This document shows, one piece after another, positions 45,386-57,100 of a DNA stretch of 64,000 bases (positions are counted from its first letter, which is position 1; each line of letters opens with the position of its first letter). The DNA is from Candidatus Sumerlaeaceae bacterium (GTDB lineage Bacteria; Sumerlaeota; Sumerlaeia; Sumerlaeales; Sumerlaeaceae): NCBI GenBank assembly GCA_051003195.1, contig JBPCLP010000055.1:1-64000 (forward strand). The letters run 5' to 3'. The position numbers and the translations under genes are program-made. A model generated the notes under the pieces. That model was not told where the DNA came from and did not search any database. It saw only the letters and a program-made list of their open reading frames with translations.

Positions 45386-47113
45386 TTAAATCTCCAGCAC
45401 CACTGGCAGGATGACCGGAAAGCGGCCTGTTTCGGTTTTGATAAACTTTTTCAGTGCGCGACGCACTTCCGCCTTCACCACCGCCCACTCTTCCTTACTC
45501 TCTTTTTCGCATTCTTCAAACGTGTCGAGAATCAGCTCCTTGCAGCGCTCGAAGAAGCGTTCGTTCTCGTCCATGAAAAGAAAACCGCGCGAAACTATAT
45601 CCGGTCCCGCCACCAGCTGTACGGTCGATTTCTCGATAACCAGCATGACGATCACCATTCCATCCTCCGCGAGATGACGGCGGTCGCGCAGCACCACTTC
45701 ATCGATGCTGCCCACATCGCGCCCGTCCACCAGCACGCGGCTCACTTCAATCTTCCCACCGCGAGCCGCGCCGTCGGCATCCATTTCGACCACGTCGCCG
45801 TTCTGCAGGATGAACACCTTCTCAGGATCGATGCCCATCTCGACGGCAAGATGCTTGTGCTCAACCAGGTGCCGAAACTCTCCGTGAATCGGGATCATAT
45901 ACTTGGGACGGCACAGCGCAATCATCTGGCGCATCTCCTCGCGATAGGCGTGGCCTGATACGTGGACGCCGGCGATGTCCTGGTAAAACACCTCGGCGCC
46001 GCGACGGAAGAAATGGTTAATCATCCGGTAGATCGACTTCTCATTGCCGGGAATGATGCGCGACGACAGGATCACCATGTCGCCTGGCTTAATCTTCACG
46101 TCCTTGTGCTCGTCGAGCGCCATCCGCGAAAGGCCGCTCATAGGCTCGCCCTGGCTTCCGGTCGTTAGAACAATCCGTTTTTCGGGCGGTGCTTTTTTGA
46201 TGTCACGGATGTCGTACACCAGTTCTGGCGGGTAGTAAATCGCACCCACCTCTGCCGCAATTCTCAGGTTCCGGATCATATTGAGCCCGGAGACAAAGAC
46301 CTTCTTCTTGTGCCGGGCCGCGAGGTCCAGCACCACCTGCACCCTGTGCAGGCTCGACGAGAAGCAGGAAAAGATAATGCTGCGAGGTGCCGCGGCGAAA
46401 AGCTTATCGATCGGCTCAATGACTTCACGCTCGCTCTTCGAGTACCCGTCACGCTCGACATTCGTTGAATCCGATAGCAACGCCAGTACGCCCTCATCTC
46501 CCAGCCGGGCGAAGCCTCCAAAGTCGAACATCCGCCCGTCCATCGGCGAGTTATCGATTTTGTAGTCGCCGGTATGGACAATCGTCCCATAAGGCAGGCG
46601 TATCGCCACCGCCACCGCATCCGGAATGCTATGCGTTACCTGGATAAATTCAATCGGCACATCACCTACATGAATCCGTTGCTTCGGCTCGATGACGTTC
46701 AGATCCGCGCTGCCGTCAAGGTTCCACTCTTTCAGCCGCTCCTTGACAAGTGCACAGGTAAGCGCGGTGCCATAAATTGGTACGTTAATCTGCTGAAGCA
46801 GATAAGGCAAGGCGCCGACGTGGTCCTCATGCGCGTGCGTCAGGATGATTGCCTTGAAATTCTCCCGGTTCTCCAGGATGTAGCTGATGTCCGGAATGAC
46901 AAAATCGATTCCCAGGAGCTCTTCGTCAGGAAAGGTCTGTCCGCAGTCGATTGCGAACATGACATTGCCATATTCAAACACCATCATGTTCATACCGATT
47001 TCGCCCAGGCCGCCCAGCGGAATCAGGCGAAACTTATGCCCTCGCCGCGTTGCCAGCGGCTTCAACTGTGTCTGGGTTTCCGGCGAGTCGTCCGCGTCGA
47101 AAAGTGAATCCAT
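45386..47113 (-). CDS. rnj: Ribonuclease J
   Basis: GGLGEIGMN, THAHEDH.G, HTGDYK, TGSQGEP, IPGNE, HVSGH, PIHGE. Confidence 0.96.
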   Translation of the reverse strand: MDSLFDADDSPETQTQLKPLATRRGHKFRLIPLGGLGEIGMNMMVFEYGNVMFAIDCGQTFPDEELLGIDFVIPDISYILENRENFKAIILTHAHEDHVGALPYLLQQINVPIYGTALTCALVKERLKEWNLDGSADLNVIEPKQRIHVGDVPIEFIQVTHSIPDAVAVAIRLPYGTIVHTGDYKIDNSPMDGRMFDFGGFARLGDEGVLALLSDSTNVERDGYSKSEREVIEPIDKLFAAAPRSIIFSCFSSSLHRVQVVLDLAARHKKKVFVSGLNMIRNLRIAAEVGAIYYPPELVYDIRDIKKAPPEKRIVLTTGSQGEPMSGLSRMALDEHKDVKIKPGDMVILSSRIIPGNEKSIYRMINHFFRRGAEVFYQDIAGVHVSGHAYREEMRQMIALCRPKYMIPIHGEFRHLVEHKHLAVEMGIDPEKVFILQNGDVVEMDADGAARGGKIEVSRVLVDGRDVGSIDEVVLRDRRHLAEDGMVIVMLVIEKSTVQLVAGPDIVSRGFLFMDENERFFERCKELILDTFEECEKESKEEWAVVKAEVRRALKKFIKTETGRFPVILPVVLEI

Positions 47114-47272
47114 GGGCTGGGCTTATGGAAGAGCGGCAGGCGCAAGCGCAACTGATATGTTAGTTTTTAACTATAGGGGCACCTGCAGCTACTAATGAGG
47201 ATACTGCACCGCTTGGACAGAAATCCGGCTGCGGCGTGGGTTCATTCGCTCGCTTGGCGAGCAGCCGACAGC

Positions 47273-48673
47273 TTACGTGCCGCCGCCAATCACCAGCATG
47301 GCCACGTTGAAATAAATCAGGATACCCGTGACGTCGACCAGCGTTGCGACAAAGGGCGATGACGATGTCGCCGGGTCAAAGCCAAGTCGCTTCAGCACAA
47401 ATGGCAACATGCTGCCCACCAGGCTTCCCCATAGAACGACACCGAAAACCGAGATCAGCATAACAACTCCAATTTTAGGCCAGATTTGACCCAGGAGCTC
47501 CACTTCTGCGATTCCGCGGGTGGCCCGTGCTACAGGGTCGTAGGTAGCAATGCGCAGAAATCCAACCACACCGAGGATAATGCCCAGGCACGATGCAGTT
47601 ACAAGTTCACGTCTAAGTACACGCCACCAGTCGCGCAGCCGTATTTCTCCCAGCGAAAGCGCCCGGATCACCAGTGTCGAAGCCTGCGATCCGCTATTGC
47701 CCCCTGCCGAAATCACCAGTACCAAAAACAAAGCCAGGCGCATCTGATCCAGTTCATGCTCAAAACTTCCAATAGCGGTGGTGGTGAACATGCCGCCAAG
47801 GAATAATATGATCAGCCACCCTACCCGCTTCTTGATCATCTTTACAAGACCGATCTGCATATATGGCTCGTCCAGCGCGGCCATACCGCCGATCTTCTGG
47901 ATGTCTTCCGTGGCCTCCTGCTCCACCACGTCAAGCACATCATCGACCGTCACAATTCCTAACAGCATTCCCTGGCTGTCCGTTACCGGAAGCGCGACCA
48001 CGTCGTACTTGCGGAAATCCTGGACAGCCGCCTCCTGGTCTTCGGTGGCCTTGAGCGCAACGACCTCGCCGCTCATCAATTCGCGCACGATACGTGCGGG
48101 CGGCGAGAGCAGAATGTCGCGCACGCGAATGGCAGCGAGCAGCCGGCCAGGCTGGTCGGTCACATAAAGCACGTTTAACGTTTCGCTATCGCGTCCGACC
48201 CGGCGTACGTGCTCCAGCACTTGCTCAATCGTCCAGTCTTCACGGATGGCAACGTAATCCGGTGTCATCCGACGGCCGATGCTGCCTTCCGGGTAGCCGA
48301 GCAACTTTTTGGCGACTGCCAGTTCCTCGGGCGCAAGCAGCGTCAGCAACTGACGCGTCGCCTCGCTCGGTAATTCCTCCAGCAACGCGGTCCGATCATC
48401 CGGTGCCATCGCATTGAGCAACTCCGCGACTTTTTCGTCGCCCAGGGCCCGGAGCAAAGTTTCCTGCTTGTCATGCGACAAATACCCGAAAATCTCCGCA
48501 GCAACTTTGCGGGGCATGATGCGGAACAGGACCGCCTCATCTTCGGGCGGCAGTTCCTCAATCAGCTCCGCAAGGTCAGGCGGCATGAGGTCCGCAAGGG
48601 CATCGCGCAACCCGGCAAAATCGCCGGTGCGAACCATCTCCTGTATTTCGGGAAGCAGCAGGTGGCCAAGCAC
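47273..48673 (-). CDS. mgtE: Magnesium transporter MgtE
   Basis: N-domain, CBS pair (GIVTVDDV), GGNSGSQ, DPA..S.PFVATLVDVTG. Confidence 0.95.
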   Translation of the reverse strand: MLGHLLLPEIQEMVRTGDFAGLRDALADLMPPDLAELIEELPPEDEAVLFRIMPRKVAAEIFGYLSHDKQETLLRALGDEKVAELLNAMAPDDRTALLEELPSEATRQLLTLLAPEELAVAKKLLGYPEGSIGRRMTPDYVAIREDWTIEQVLEHVRRVGRDSETLNVLYVTDQPGRLLAAIRVRDILLSPPARIVRELMSGEVVALKATEDQEAAVQDFRKYDVVALPVTDSQGMLLGIVTVDDVLDVVEQEATEDIQKIGGMAALDEPYMQIGLVKMIKKRVGWLIILFLGGMFTTTAIGSFEHELDQMRLALFLVLVISAGGNSGSQASTLVIRALSLGEIRLRDWWRVLRRELVTASCLGIILGVVGFLRIATYDPVARATRGIAEVELLGQIWPKIGVVMLISVFGVVLWGSLVGSMLPFVLKRLGFDPATSSSPFVATLVDVTGILIYFNVAMLVIGGGT

Positions 48674-48944
48674 TTGTGCAGTTCCTTGCTAGCAATTATT
48701 GATGAGGACAGAACGAGAGCCACCCGGCGTCTGCGTTTTTCCGATACCGTGCTGCGTTTCATCAAGGCAGCGGTTTAGAGGAATTCGCGCGCAGCCGCAG
48801 GGTCAACTGTAGAAGTGCGGGCAAATTAGCTTTTCGGTCGGTTACAGCATCCTGGATTCCGGCACGCGGTTTCCATTGCGCTCGAAAATTGCCACGTGCC
48901 GGACATTGTCCCACGGATTTACAAACGGAAGGTCCAGGGAGCAT

Positions 48945-50180
48945 ATGCACTCGAGCCACAGAAGTCGAAACCGGGCGATTGGATTAATCGTCCTTTTGCT
49001 GACATCCGTTTTACCAGCCAGCGTTTGCGCAGGCTGGTTAAAGCCGAATGTGCAGTGGCCGGGATACTATCCACCCTACTGGGATCAGCGTGAACCATAC
49101 TACCGTCCCCCTCAACGTCGTGAGCCAAAACCGGCACGTAAATCCAAACCCCGAAACACCGAAAAGCCTAAAAACGAAACCGCGAAGGCAGTGGCCACCA
49201 CTGAAACCGAAACGGTTCAAAGCGACGATTCTATCCAGGAAGTCGAGTCTGCCAATCCGCTGCAGCAGTCTCGCAAAAAGTCATCGCTGCAGCCCCGGAG
49301 CGAAGCTCCTCCAGTGCAGCCCGTCAGCGGCGACTACGTTTCCATGGTTTGGGACGACTCAGACTCTCTTGAAAAGATTGCGGCGATTTGCGGCACAAGT
49401 TCCGCCAATGTACTGCGCCAGAATGCATTAAGCCGGGCTGAGCTTCGCGACGGACAGGTATTGCAGCTTCCGCGCCCTGCGGGCGATGCGCCAGAAATCG
49501 CAGCGCTTCAACCAGAACGCCAGCGCGCCCGGGAAATCTGGCGCGGCATACGCGGCCAGAAGCGTATTGCGCTTACATTCGATGCTGGCGGCGAGGACGA
49601 CGCGGCAACAGACCTCCTCTCTTACCTGACCGAGGCCGCCGCACCCGCAACGTTCTTTATCACCGGCCAGTTTGCAGCCGAACACGGCAAGCTGGTGAAG
49701 CAGATCTCAGACGCCGGCTATCCTGTCCACAATCACACCTGGTCCCATCCGGAGTTCACGACCATTCCCGATGAGAAAATTGCTGAGGAACTTGAGCGAG
49801 CGGAGTGGGCTATACGAGATACCACTGCAAAAACCACCAGGCCTTTTTGGCGCCCGCCGTTTGGCGACCGCGACAACCGTGTGCTGCGCGCCGCAGCTCA
49901 GGCGGGATACCAGTCCATCTACTGGACCCTGGACTCACTCGATTCAGTAGGTGAAAAGAAAGACCCGGAGTTTATCGTTAGCCGAATTCTGAATCCACCA
50001 AAAGCAAATGGCGATGCCGATAGCTATCTCGATGGCGCCATCATTCTAATGCATGTGGGTGAGCCGGACACAGCGCGCGCGGTCCCACTCCTTATCAAGG
50101 CGCTGCGGCAGCGCGGGTTCCGGCTTGTCACCGTCGAGGAAATTGTAAAGCCCTCAGCGCCGGGCGCAAACAGGCAGTAG
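48945..50180 (+). CDS. Exported LysM + NodB polysaccharide deacetylase
   Basis: Signal peptide; DSLEKIA...N.L...L..GQ.L.LP (LysM-like); LTFD, NHTWSHP, RPPFG, ILMH. Confidence 0.85.
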   Translation: MHSSHRSRNRAIGLIVLLLTSVLPASVCAGWLKPNVQWPGYYPPYWDQREPYYRPPQRREPKPARKSKPRNTEKPKNETAKAVATTETETVQSDDSIQEVESANPLQQSRKKSSLQPRSEAPPVQPVSGDYVSMVWDDSDSLEKIAAICGTSSANVLRQNALSRAELRDGQVLQLPRPAGDAPEIAALQPERQRAREIWRGIRGQKRIALTFDAGGEDDAATDLLSYLTEAAAPATFFITGQFAAEHGKLVKQISDAGYPVHNHTWSHPEFTTIPDEKIAEELERAEWAIRDTTAKTTRPFWRPPFGDRDNRVLRAAAQAGYQSIYWTLDSLDSVGEKKDPEFIVSRILNPPKANGDADSYLDGAIILMHVGEPDTARAVPLLIKALRQRGFRLVTVEEIVKPSAPGANRQ

Positions 50181-50194
50181 ATTCAGGAGAGGCC

Positions 50195-51988
50195 ATGTTG
50201 AAACCCGAAATCGCAGAGCGCGTACGAGCTTTCGCCGGGGGGGCCGACGCCGAAGGCCTGCGGGAAACGATCGACGCTTTGCTTGCAGCGATGCTGGCTG
50301 GCGGCCAGGCTGGCGCCGACGCCATCGAAGACGCCTTTGGGCGCGACCTGGATTTCGGAACCGGTGGCTTGCGAGGAATTATGGGCGCCGGCTCGAACCG
50401 GATGAACAGTCTTACGGTCGCCAGGGCAACCCAGGGTTTGGTGAACTATATTCTCGCGCAACGGGGAAAGGGCGCAGTATGCATCGCATACGATTCCAGG
50501 CTACGCTCCTCGGAATTCGCGCGCGAGATCGCTCGCGTCGTCGCTGCCAATGGGCTCACTGCCTGGCTGTTCTCCGATGTCCGGCCAACGCCAGAGCTCT
50601 CGTTCGCCGTTCGCGAAACGAAATCGACTGCGGGCATCGTTGTCACGGCAAGCCACAATCCCAAAGAGTACAACGGCTATAAGGTCAGTTGGGACGACGG
50701 CGGGCAGGTGCTGCCTCCCCACGACCGCGGAATCATTGACGAAGTACGCAAAGTTGATCGCGCAGATCAGATTCGCTCAATCGATTTTGATGAAGCGGTG
50801 CGCGCCGGCAGCATTATTCTCATGGGCGACAAGCTCGACAAAGCTTACCTTGCGGCGCTCGACGCCGTCCATAGGCGCAAGGAACTTACGTCAAAGCGCG
50901 GCGGCGAACTGCGTATTGTTTATACACCGCTGCACGGCACAGGTATCCGGATTGTGCCGCATGCTCTCAGCCGCTGGGGATTCTCCGATGTCCAGATTGT
51001 CGAGCAGCAGGCCGAGCCCGATGGGAACTTCCCCACAACAAAGTCGCCAAATCCGGAGGAACGCGCTGCGCTCGAGCTGGCAATCAACCTCGCGCGCAAA
51101 CACGACGCAGACATTGTCATGGCGACAGACCCGGATGCAGACCGTATCGGGATCGCCGTGAAACACGATGGCGATTTCGTGCTGCTGACCGGCAACCAGG
51201 TGGGCGCACTTCTCGCCTTTTACGTTTGTGAAACGCTTCGCGAGCAGCAGCGCCTTCCCGCCAACGGAGTGGTGATAAAGACGATCGTCACGACTGAGTT
51301 GATCGCCGCAATCGCCAGGGAATATGACGTTGGCATCGAGAACTGCCTGACAGGTTTCAAGTACATCGCCCAGTTAATGCGCGGGTACGAGGAACGTGGT
51401 GCACCGGGAAGTCCCGAGAAGACTTTTCTCATGGCTTGCGAAGAGAGCTACGGCTATCTCGTAGGAACGCATGCGCGCGATAAGGACGCAGTGGTTGCTG
51501 CCTGTGTTATTGCGGAAATGGCACTCTGGGCAAAGTCGAATGGCAAATCGCTGGTCGACCTTTTACACTCGCAGTATCGACGACACGGCGTTTACCTTGA
51601 AACGCAGCTGAGTAAAACCATGCCCGGGCTGGCGGGTATGAAACAGATTCAGTCATTAATGGAGCGCCTGCGCAGTTCGCCGCCCGTGGAGATTGGCGGC
51701 ATCGCAGTCGCTGCAATGACCGACATTTCAGCGGACACGCGCCATGAAATCAAAACCGCTGCGCAGATGGCCGGCCCTGGTTTGCCCAAAAGCAATGTGC
51801 TCATCTTTGAACTCGAAGACGGCAGCCTGGTTGTGGCGCGTCCGTCCGGAACCGAGCCGAAGATCAAATTCTACTTTATGGTAGTCGACCGTGACGGAGT
51901 TCCATTTTCCGAGACCGAATTGCAAAAGCGCATACAGAACTGCCAGGCCAAAGAGCAGAGACTCCGCGCGTCGATGGAGAAAGTATAA
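50195..51988 (+). CDS. Phosphoglucomutase/phosphomannomutase
   Basis: FGTGGLRG, TASHNP, DPDADR, EESYG, RPSGTEPKIK. Confidence 0.94.
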   Translation: MLKPEIAERVRAFAGGADAEGLRETIDALLAAMLAGGQAGADAIEDAFGRDLDFGTGGLRGIMGAGSNRMNSLTVARATQGLVNYILAQRGKGAVCIAYDSRLRSSEFAREIARVVAANGLTAWLFSDVRPTPELSFAVRETKSTAGIVVTASHNPKEYNGYKVSWDDGGQVLPPHDRGIIDEVRKVDRADQIRSIDFDEAVRAGSIILMGDKLDKAYLAALDAVHRRKELTSKRGGELRIVYTPLHGTGIRIVPHALSRWGFSDVQIVEQQAEPDGNFPTTKSPNPEERAALELAINLARKHDADIVMATDPDADRIGIAVKHDGDFVLLTGNQVGALLAFYVCETLREQQRLPANGVVIKTIVTTELIAAIAREYDVGIENCLTGFKYIAQLMRGYEERGAPGSPEKTFLMACEESYGYLVGTHARDKDAVVAACVIAEMALWAKSNGKSLVDLLHSQYRRHGVYLETQLSKTMPGLAGMKQIQSLMERLRSSPPVEIGGIAVAAMTDISADTRHEIKTAAQMAGPGLPKSNVLIFELEDGSLVVARPSGTEPKIKFYFMVVDRDGVPFSETELQKRIQNCQAKEQRLRASMEKV

Positions 51989-52184
51989 CTGCGGTTAAAC
52001 AATGTGCCCTCAGCTTTGGGCTTGGACAGATAGTGGCGATACATCTCGTGTGCCTCAAGAGCCCGAAATTAACATGCCTGCCACGTGGTATATACTTGAA
52101 GCAAATCGCGTTGACATGGCGCGCATTGCGACATTACGTCGCGCGATTGTAGTGTAGCAGACTACTTGAAACGAGACTGGGTTC

Positions 52185-53252
52185 ATGCGGCGTAAACTAC
52201 TGGGAACATGCGGGCTGCTGATCATCAGCGTAGGCGTAAGCCATGCGCAAACAAGCATTGCTGAAATGAATGCTGTAACCGGCGGAATGGATACCCTCAA
52301 TAGCGCACCCGTCGGTCCTGCGGGGGGAAATGTTGCGCTTGATCGCGCGCGCGCACTACAGCAGCCGGGTGCACTCCCCGGTGGCTATAACAACCAGATT
52401 GCACCAGGTGCGGCACCCGGAATGAGTAGTCCCGCGGGTGGCCTCAACCCTGCTCCGATTGGGGCGCTACCCGCTCCGGGTCCGCTGCCAGGCGGAAACC
52501 TGCCTCCCTTCCCGGGCGCAGCCGTGGGCCCCGGTGCTGTCACAGCCGTACCCGCTCCTGGATTTGAAGGCGATCTCGGAATAACAGGCCAGCCTAATCA
52601 ATTTGGCCAGCCAGGTCAGCCTGGAACTGCCACCCCAACTCCTGAACCTACGATTACCGTTTTGATTGGTAAACGCGTGTACGATGCCGTTACGGGCGCG
52701 CTCCTTGAGGATGCTTTCCAGCAAACCGTTTTGCAAAGCGAGCAGGATAAGTACGCCGACGACGGCGTGCTCGACAACGGAATTGCAGGCGATGGCGTAC
52801 GCGGCAGCGTCACAACGATACGAGACAAGTATGTCGGGGCCGAGACAAACTCGATTAAGAATCGCCTGATCAACCTTGTGCGTAACTCCGAAAACATGTC
52901 ACCGATGGTGTTTTATGGTTTTCATGTAATGGCGGTCGATCCAACGACGCAGCACCGCGCGATGCCCAACCTTCTGGAAAAGGAAGCTCAGCGCGATGAA
53001 TCGCTGCGGGACTGGAACAACAAGTTCCTCGCTGATTATCGCGTCGACAAGAACGATCCCCGCAGTGAGTACTATCAGCTCTATGTTCCAGCCCCCCCGC
53101 TCGTGCCCAAGTACCCCGCACCGCCTGGTTACGTGGCCCCACAAAAGCTCGCGCCCGGTCAGGCACCAGGTACAGGTGCAACTGCGGCAGGCCCGAATAT
53201 TTACAACGGAGATCCGGTGATCAATGTCCCCGGCTCTGAAGGCGCCATTTAA
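52185..53252 (+). CDS. Exported Pro/Gly-rich hypothetical protein
   Basis: Signal peptide (SHA-QT); PG-rich linker; DDG..D.GIAGDGV acidic motif. Confidence 0.65.
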   Translation: MRRKLLGTCGLLIISVGVSHAQTSIAEMNAVTGGMDTLNSAPVGPAGGNVALDRARALQQPGALPGGYNNQIAPGAAPGMSSPAGGLNPAPIGALPAPGPLPGGNLPPFPGAAVGPGAVTAVPAPGFEGDLGITGQPNQFGQPGQPGTATPTPEPTITVLIGKRVYDAVTGALLEDAFQQTVLQSEQDKYADDGVLDNGIAGDGVRGSVTTIRDKYVGAETNSIKNRLINLVRNSENMSPMVFYGFHVMAVDPTTQHRAMPNLLEKEAQRDESLRDWNNKFLADYRVDKNDPRSEYYQLYVPAPPLVPKYPAPPGYVAPQKLAPGQAPGTGATAAGPNIYNGDPVINVPGSEGAI

Positions 53253-53278
53253 CTTTTGCGACAAAACTAAGAGGTTCC

Positions 53279-53824
53279 ATGCCCCCAGCAATTAAACCGC
53301 CGTCTCCTGCTGAAGCTGCGCTAGGCGACGCACAAAACCTAATGCAGCTTTGGCTCAGAGCGAAGGGCTTTCTTGCCAAGGCCACTACTGAGGAACCGAT
53401 CACGCGCGACGAGGAACAGGTGTTCCTCGAAACCAAGAGTGAGATTTCGAAAGTACAGCGAAGCATTGCGCAAAAGCTGCCGGCCGATGTCAGCTTTGGC
53501 GCCGATCGCATGCAGGAAATACTCAGGCAATCCATCTCCATCAGCCACTTGCGTAACCTGCCAAAAGCCGATAAGCAGAGCCTGGCGTCAAATTGGCACT
53601 ACGTTTTCATCAACCTGAGCCGCGCGATGGGTGCTTTGCAGTTCCTTGCCGAAGGCTACACTCCGCCGCCGCGTCAGCAAAAACAGGGCAGCGGCATTAA
53701 GGATCTTAAAGGCGCCGCCTCAGGAAAGCCCGAGCCTAAGAAAAAAGGCGCGCTTAAAAAGCCGAGCACCTGGATTGTTTTAATGATCATTGGCGGCATT
53801 GTTTACTACTTTATGAACAAGTAG
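53279..53824 (+). CDS. Hypothetical helical protein with C-terminal TM anchor
   Basis: Lys-rich linker then STWIVLMIIGGIVYYF; paralog of 42428..42883. Confidence 0.7.
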   Translation: MPPAIKPPSPAEAALGDAQNLMQLWLRAKGFLAKATTEEPITRDEEQVFLETKSEISKVQRSIAQKLPADVSFGADRMQEILRQSISISHLRNLPKADKQSLASNWHYVFINLSRAMGALQFLAEGYTPPPRQQKQGSGIKDLKGAASGKPEPKKKGALKKPSTWIVLMIIGGIVYYFMNK

Positions 53825-54162
53825 CTGTTCGACGTTGCGTAGGCATATCAGCGCTTTCGGGCCGCTGGTCTGCTCAGTCCGTCGGCTGCCTTAAACTAAA
53901 AGCGAAGTTAGCCCGCGAAATCATCCGGTTAGCCTTGATTTTCATATCTCTGCCCCATAGCGTCCGAGTTCAGATTCGACAGTTCGGGGGCGCAACTGCG
54001 TTCCAGCATTGTCGAGCTGGGGAGTTCAGTCGGACCGAGCCGACTCCTCTTGCATTTTTAGGTGTGTTGTTGGTTGTAAGATATAAAGTTCGCTCTGAAG
54101 GCGCAGGCCAAAACCTACCTCTTCCGGGCGTGCTTCCATACGAAACCAGAAGGGTGGTTCCC

Positions 54163-57100
54163 GTGAATCGGAAGCTGCAACGATTCTCCATCTCTCGACC
54201 CATGGCCGTCCTGGCTGCGGTCTCGCTTTGCATCACACTGTCCGGCTGCTATGGCGTGTACGAGGGCAAAGCCGAAAAGAACATTAAGCAGGCCACCGAT
54301 TGGCAGGCTGAGAAGTTCGACGAGAGTAAGCCGATCTTCGAAAGTGCTAAAAAGTCGCTCGACGCAGCCAAGCAGGCCAATGCTGGCAAGCAGGGCGGCG
54401 AGGCGCGCAAGCAGGCAAAAGAAGCCGCCACGCTAAGCGAACAGGCGATGAACGCCGCCAAGACGCGCTACGCGGACCAGCAGCTCAAACAAGCCAAGAA
54501 GGCTATGGAAGTCGCGCGCATCAACGATGGCCAAAGCCAGAACGCGAAGCTCTATACCACAGCGGAAGCTAATTTTAATGAAGCTAATGAAAAGTATGGC
54601 AAGCAGAAGTATGAGGATACGATCAACCTCAGCCGCCAGGTGCAGACCGATGTGGACCAGCTTCTTGCCACGCTGAAGAACACCGCGCACAACCAGCTCG
54701 AGACGCTGCGCCAGCGCATGCGCGACCTTGACGCGGCACAGGCCAGCAAGTACAATCCACAGCCCATTCTGCGCGGCAATGAGCAGGTTGAGCGCATCAA
54801 GGAAAAAATCGAGAACGATCGCGACTACAAGCAGGCCATCATCATGGCCGGCGGCACGATCAGCGAAATCGAAGCCGGGATTATCGAAGCCAAGAAAAAG
54901 CATAGCGAGGCTGAACTTCGCGGGCTGGAAGACAAGATCGCGGAGGCAATCACCGAGGAAGCTCCCATTCACGTTCCCGACGCGCTGAAAAACGTGCAGG
55001 ACCAGTTTGAGGCGATTCTCGCGGGCTTCTACGAGAAGCAGTTCGACAGCGTGTTGTCTGCTGCCGAGGCTCTGAAGCCGCGTGTCGACCAGCTGATCAC
55101 CATGTCACGTATCGAGGCGACGAAGGATCGTATCCGTCAGGTCACGGAAGGTGTGCAACGGCTCAAGGAACAGAACGTCGAGCAGTATCTGCCTGGTCGC
55201 GTAAAGGTCATGGAAGACCTGCTGGCCAAATCACAGGACCAGTTTAACAACAACAATTACGAAGGCGCCAAGTTCGAAGCTGGCAATGCGCTGATCGAGC
55301 AGGATCGTATTACCGCCAGCTTCGACGCTCTCGCTGAATCCACAATCCAGGACGCCAGCGGCAGCGTGATTGCTGCGCGGCAGACCTACACCCGTATGGG
55401 TCAGATCTTTGGCACAGGCCAGACCGCCGTTGATCCGCGGCTGGAATCGCGATTCCAGATCCGGTCAGCGGAATTGAATGCCAAGCTCGCAGAGGCTTCA
55501 CAGCAACTGGATTTTTCGAACACCACTCGCAGGACCAAAGAGTTCCGCAAGGCCATTGAAAGCGCGAAGGTGTCGCACGCCACCGCGGACTCCGTAGCCA
55601 ATGGCACCTATAAACTCGTTACCGAAAACGCGCTTCTCGGCATCCAGGATCAGATATCCGCTCTGGAGCGGCAGGGGGCCCGCGAATTTGCACCGCGCCA
55701 ACTGGGAGAGGTGCAGTCGCTGGTTGAGCAGACGCAGAAGCTCGTCAGCGAAAACCAGAACCGCGAAGCAGCCGACCGCGTTGCAAAGACTCGTGCCACG
55801 CTGGAAAACGTAAAACAGGAACTTGCACGCCGCGCGGTTGAGGAAGGCGCTCGCACCGGCGACATTCTGCGCCGCATCGAAGGCGGTGCGGCCCCGACGC
55901 CCGCAAGTGGTGGAGGACCGCAGACCATGGCCCCGCGCACCACGCCGTATGGCCAGTATCCCGGCGGCACCGAACTTAATAACAAGGAGTCGATGTTTGC
56001 CACCGACATTACCGGATTAAGCTCCTCAGATGCGCGCGAACTTTCCGCGCGCCAGCCTATCGTACTTGCGCAGACGCATGTCGGCCATCCCACCAACAGC
56101 AGCGGCTGGACCGGCGAGCAGGGCTACCTCGATAACCGCAACATCACCCACGGAACCTACATGACGCACAACCCGCCAGACCGCGTATTTCTCGGAACCG
56201 GATCCCATACCGGGGCTATCATTGGAACACGCCCCGAGCCTGTTGTCCCCACACGTGAAGACACCGGCAGCTACACAGGCGGATCCCAGGGAAGTTATGA
56301 ACCACCCACCGCGCCCGGGCCTTTTGTGGCGCTCGGCACCAGCAGGACCGGCGGTGCCGCGGTTGCACTTTCGGCAACTGCCGGCGGGGACACAGCAAGC
56401 GCTCCACTGGACAGCGGTGTAGCCATAGTTCGCGCCCAGATTAACGACATCGTGCTGGACCAGCAGCGCTCCCGTGACCTTCGCACGTACCAGCCCGACG
56501 CAATCCGCGACGCGGAGGCGAAGCTTTCCGAAAGCGCTTCCGCACTGGCATCGGGCGAGTATATCCGAGCCACACAACTCGCCCAGGAAGCGCAGAAGAT
56601 TATTGTCGATGCGGATCGCAAAGCCGCCGAGGCCGCCGCCACGAAAAGTATCCAGGATGCAGCCGACCGTATAAATATTGCCGAGGCTGCCGGAGCTGTT
56701 ATGTTCGCGCCGGCGCAGCTTAACGAGGCGATTAAGCTATACGAGCAGGCTCGCTCATCGCTCAAGACAGGTGATGTTCATGATGCACGTGCAGTCGCCG
56801 GACGTGCCATGGTTGCGGCCGAAGATGCTCGCCTGTACAATGTCACCAAAGCGCACGACCTTGCCGCGCTCTCCATCCGGTACGGCGGATACAAGTCCAC
56901 TCACCCCGCACTTTCCGAAGCAAACAACCTGGCCTATGGCGCAGAGAATCTCCTCAACCATCCCAACTCCGCTGCTGCCGGTCAGGAGATGGCAAAGCAG
57001 GCCGTCATGATGGGGCAGCTCGCACTTGATTCCGCGCGCGACTATAGCTTCCAGGAGCGGCTTGATAACATCTACAAGGCGCTTAACACCGCCCTGCGTG

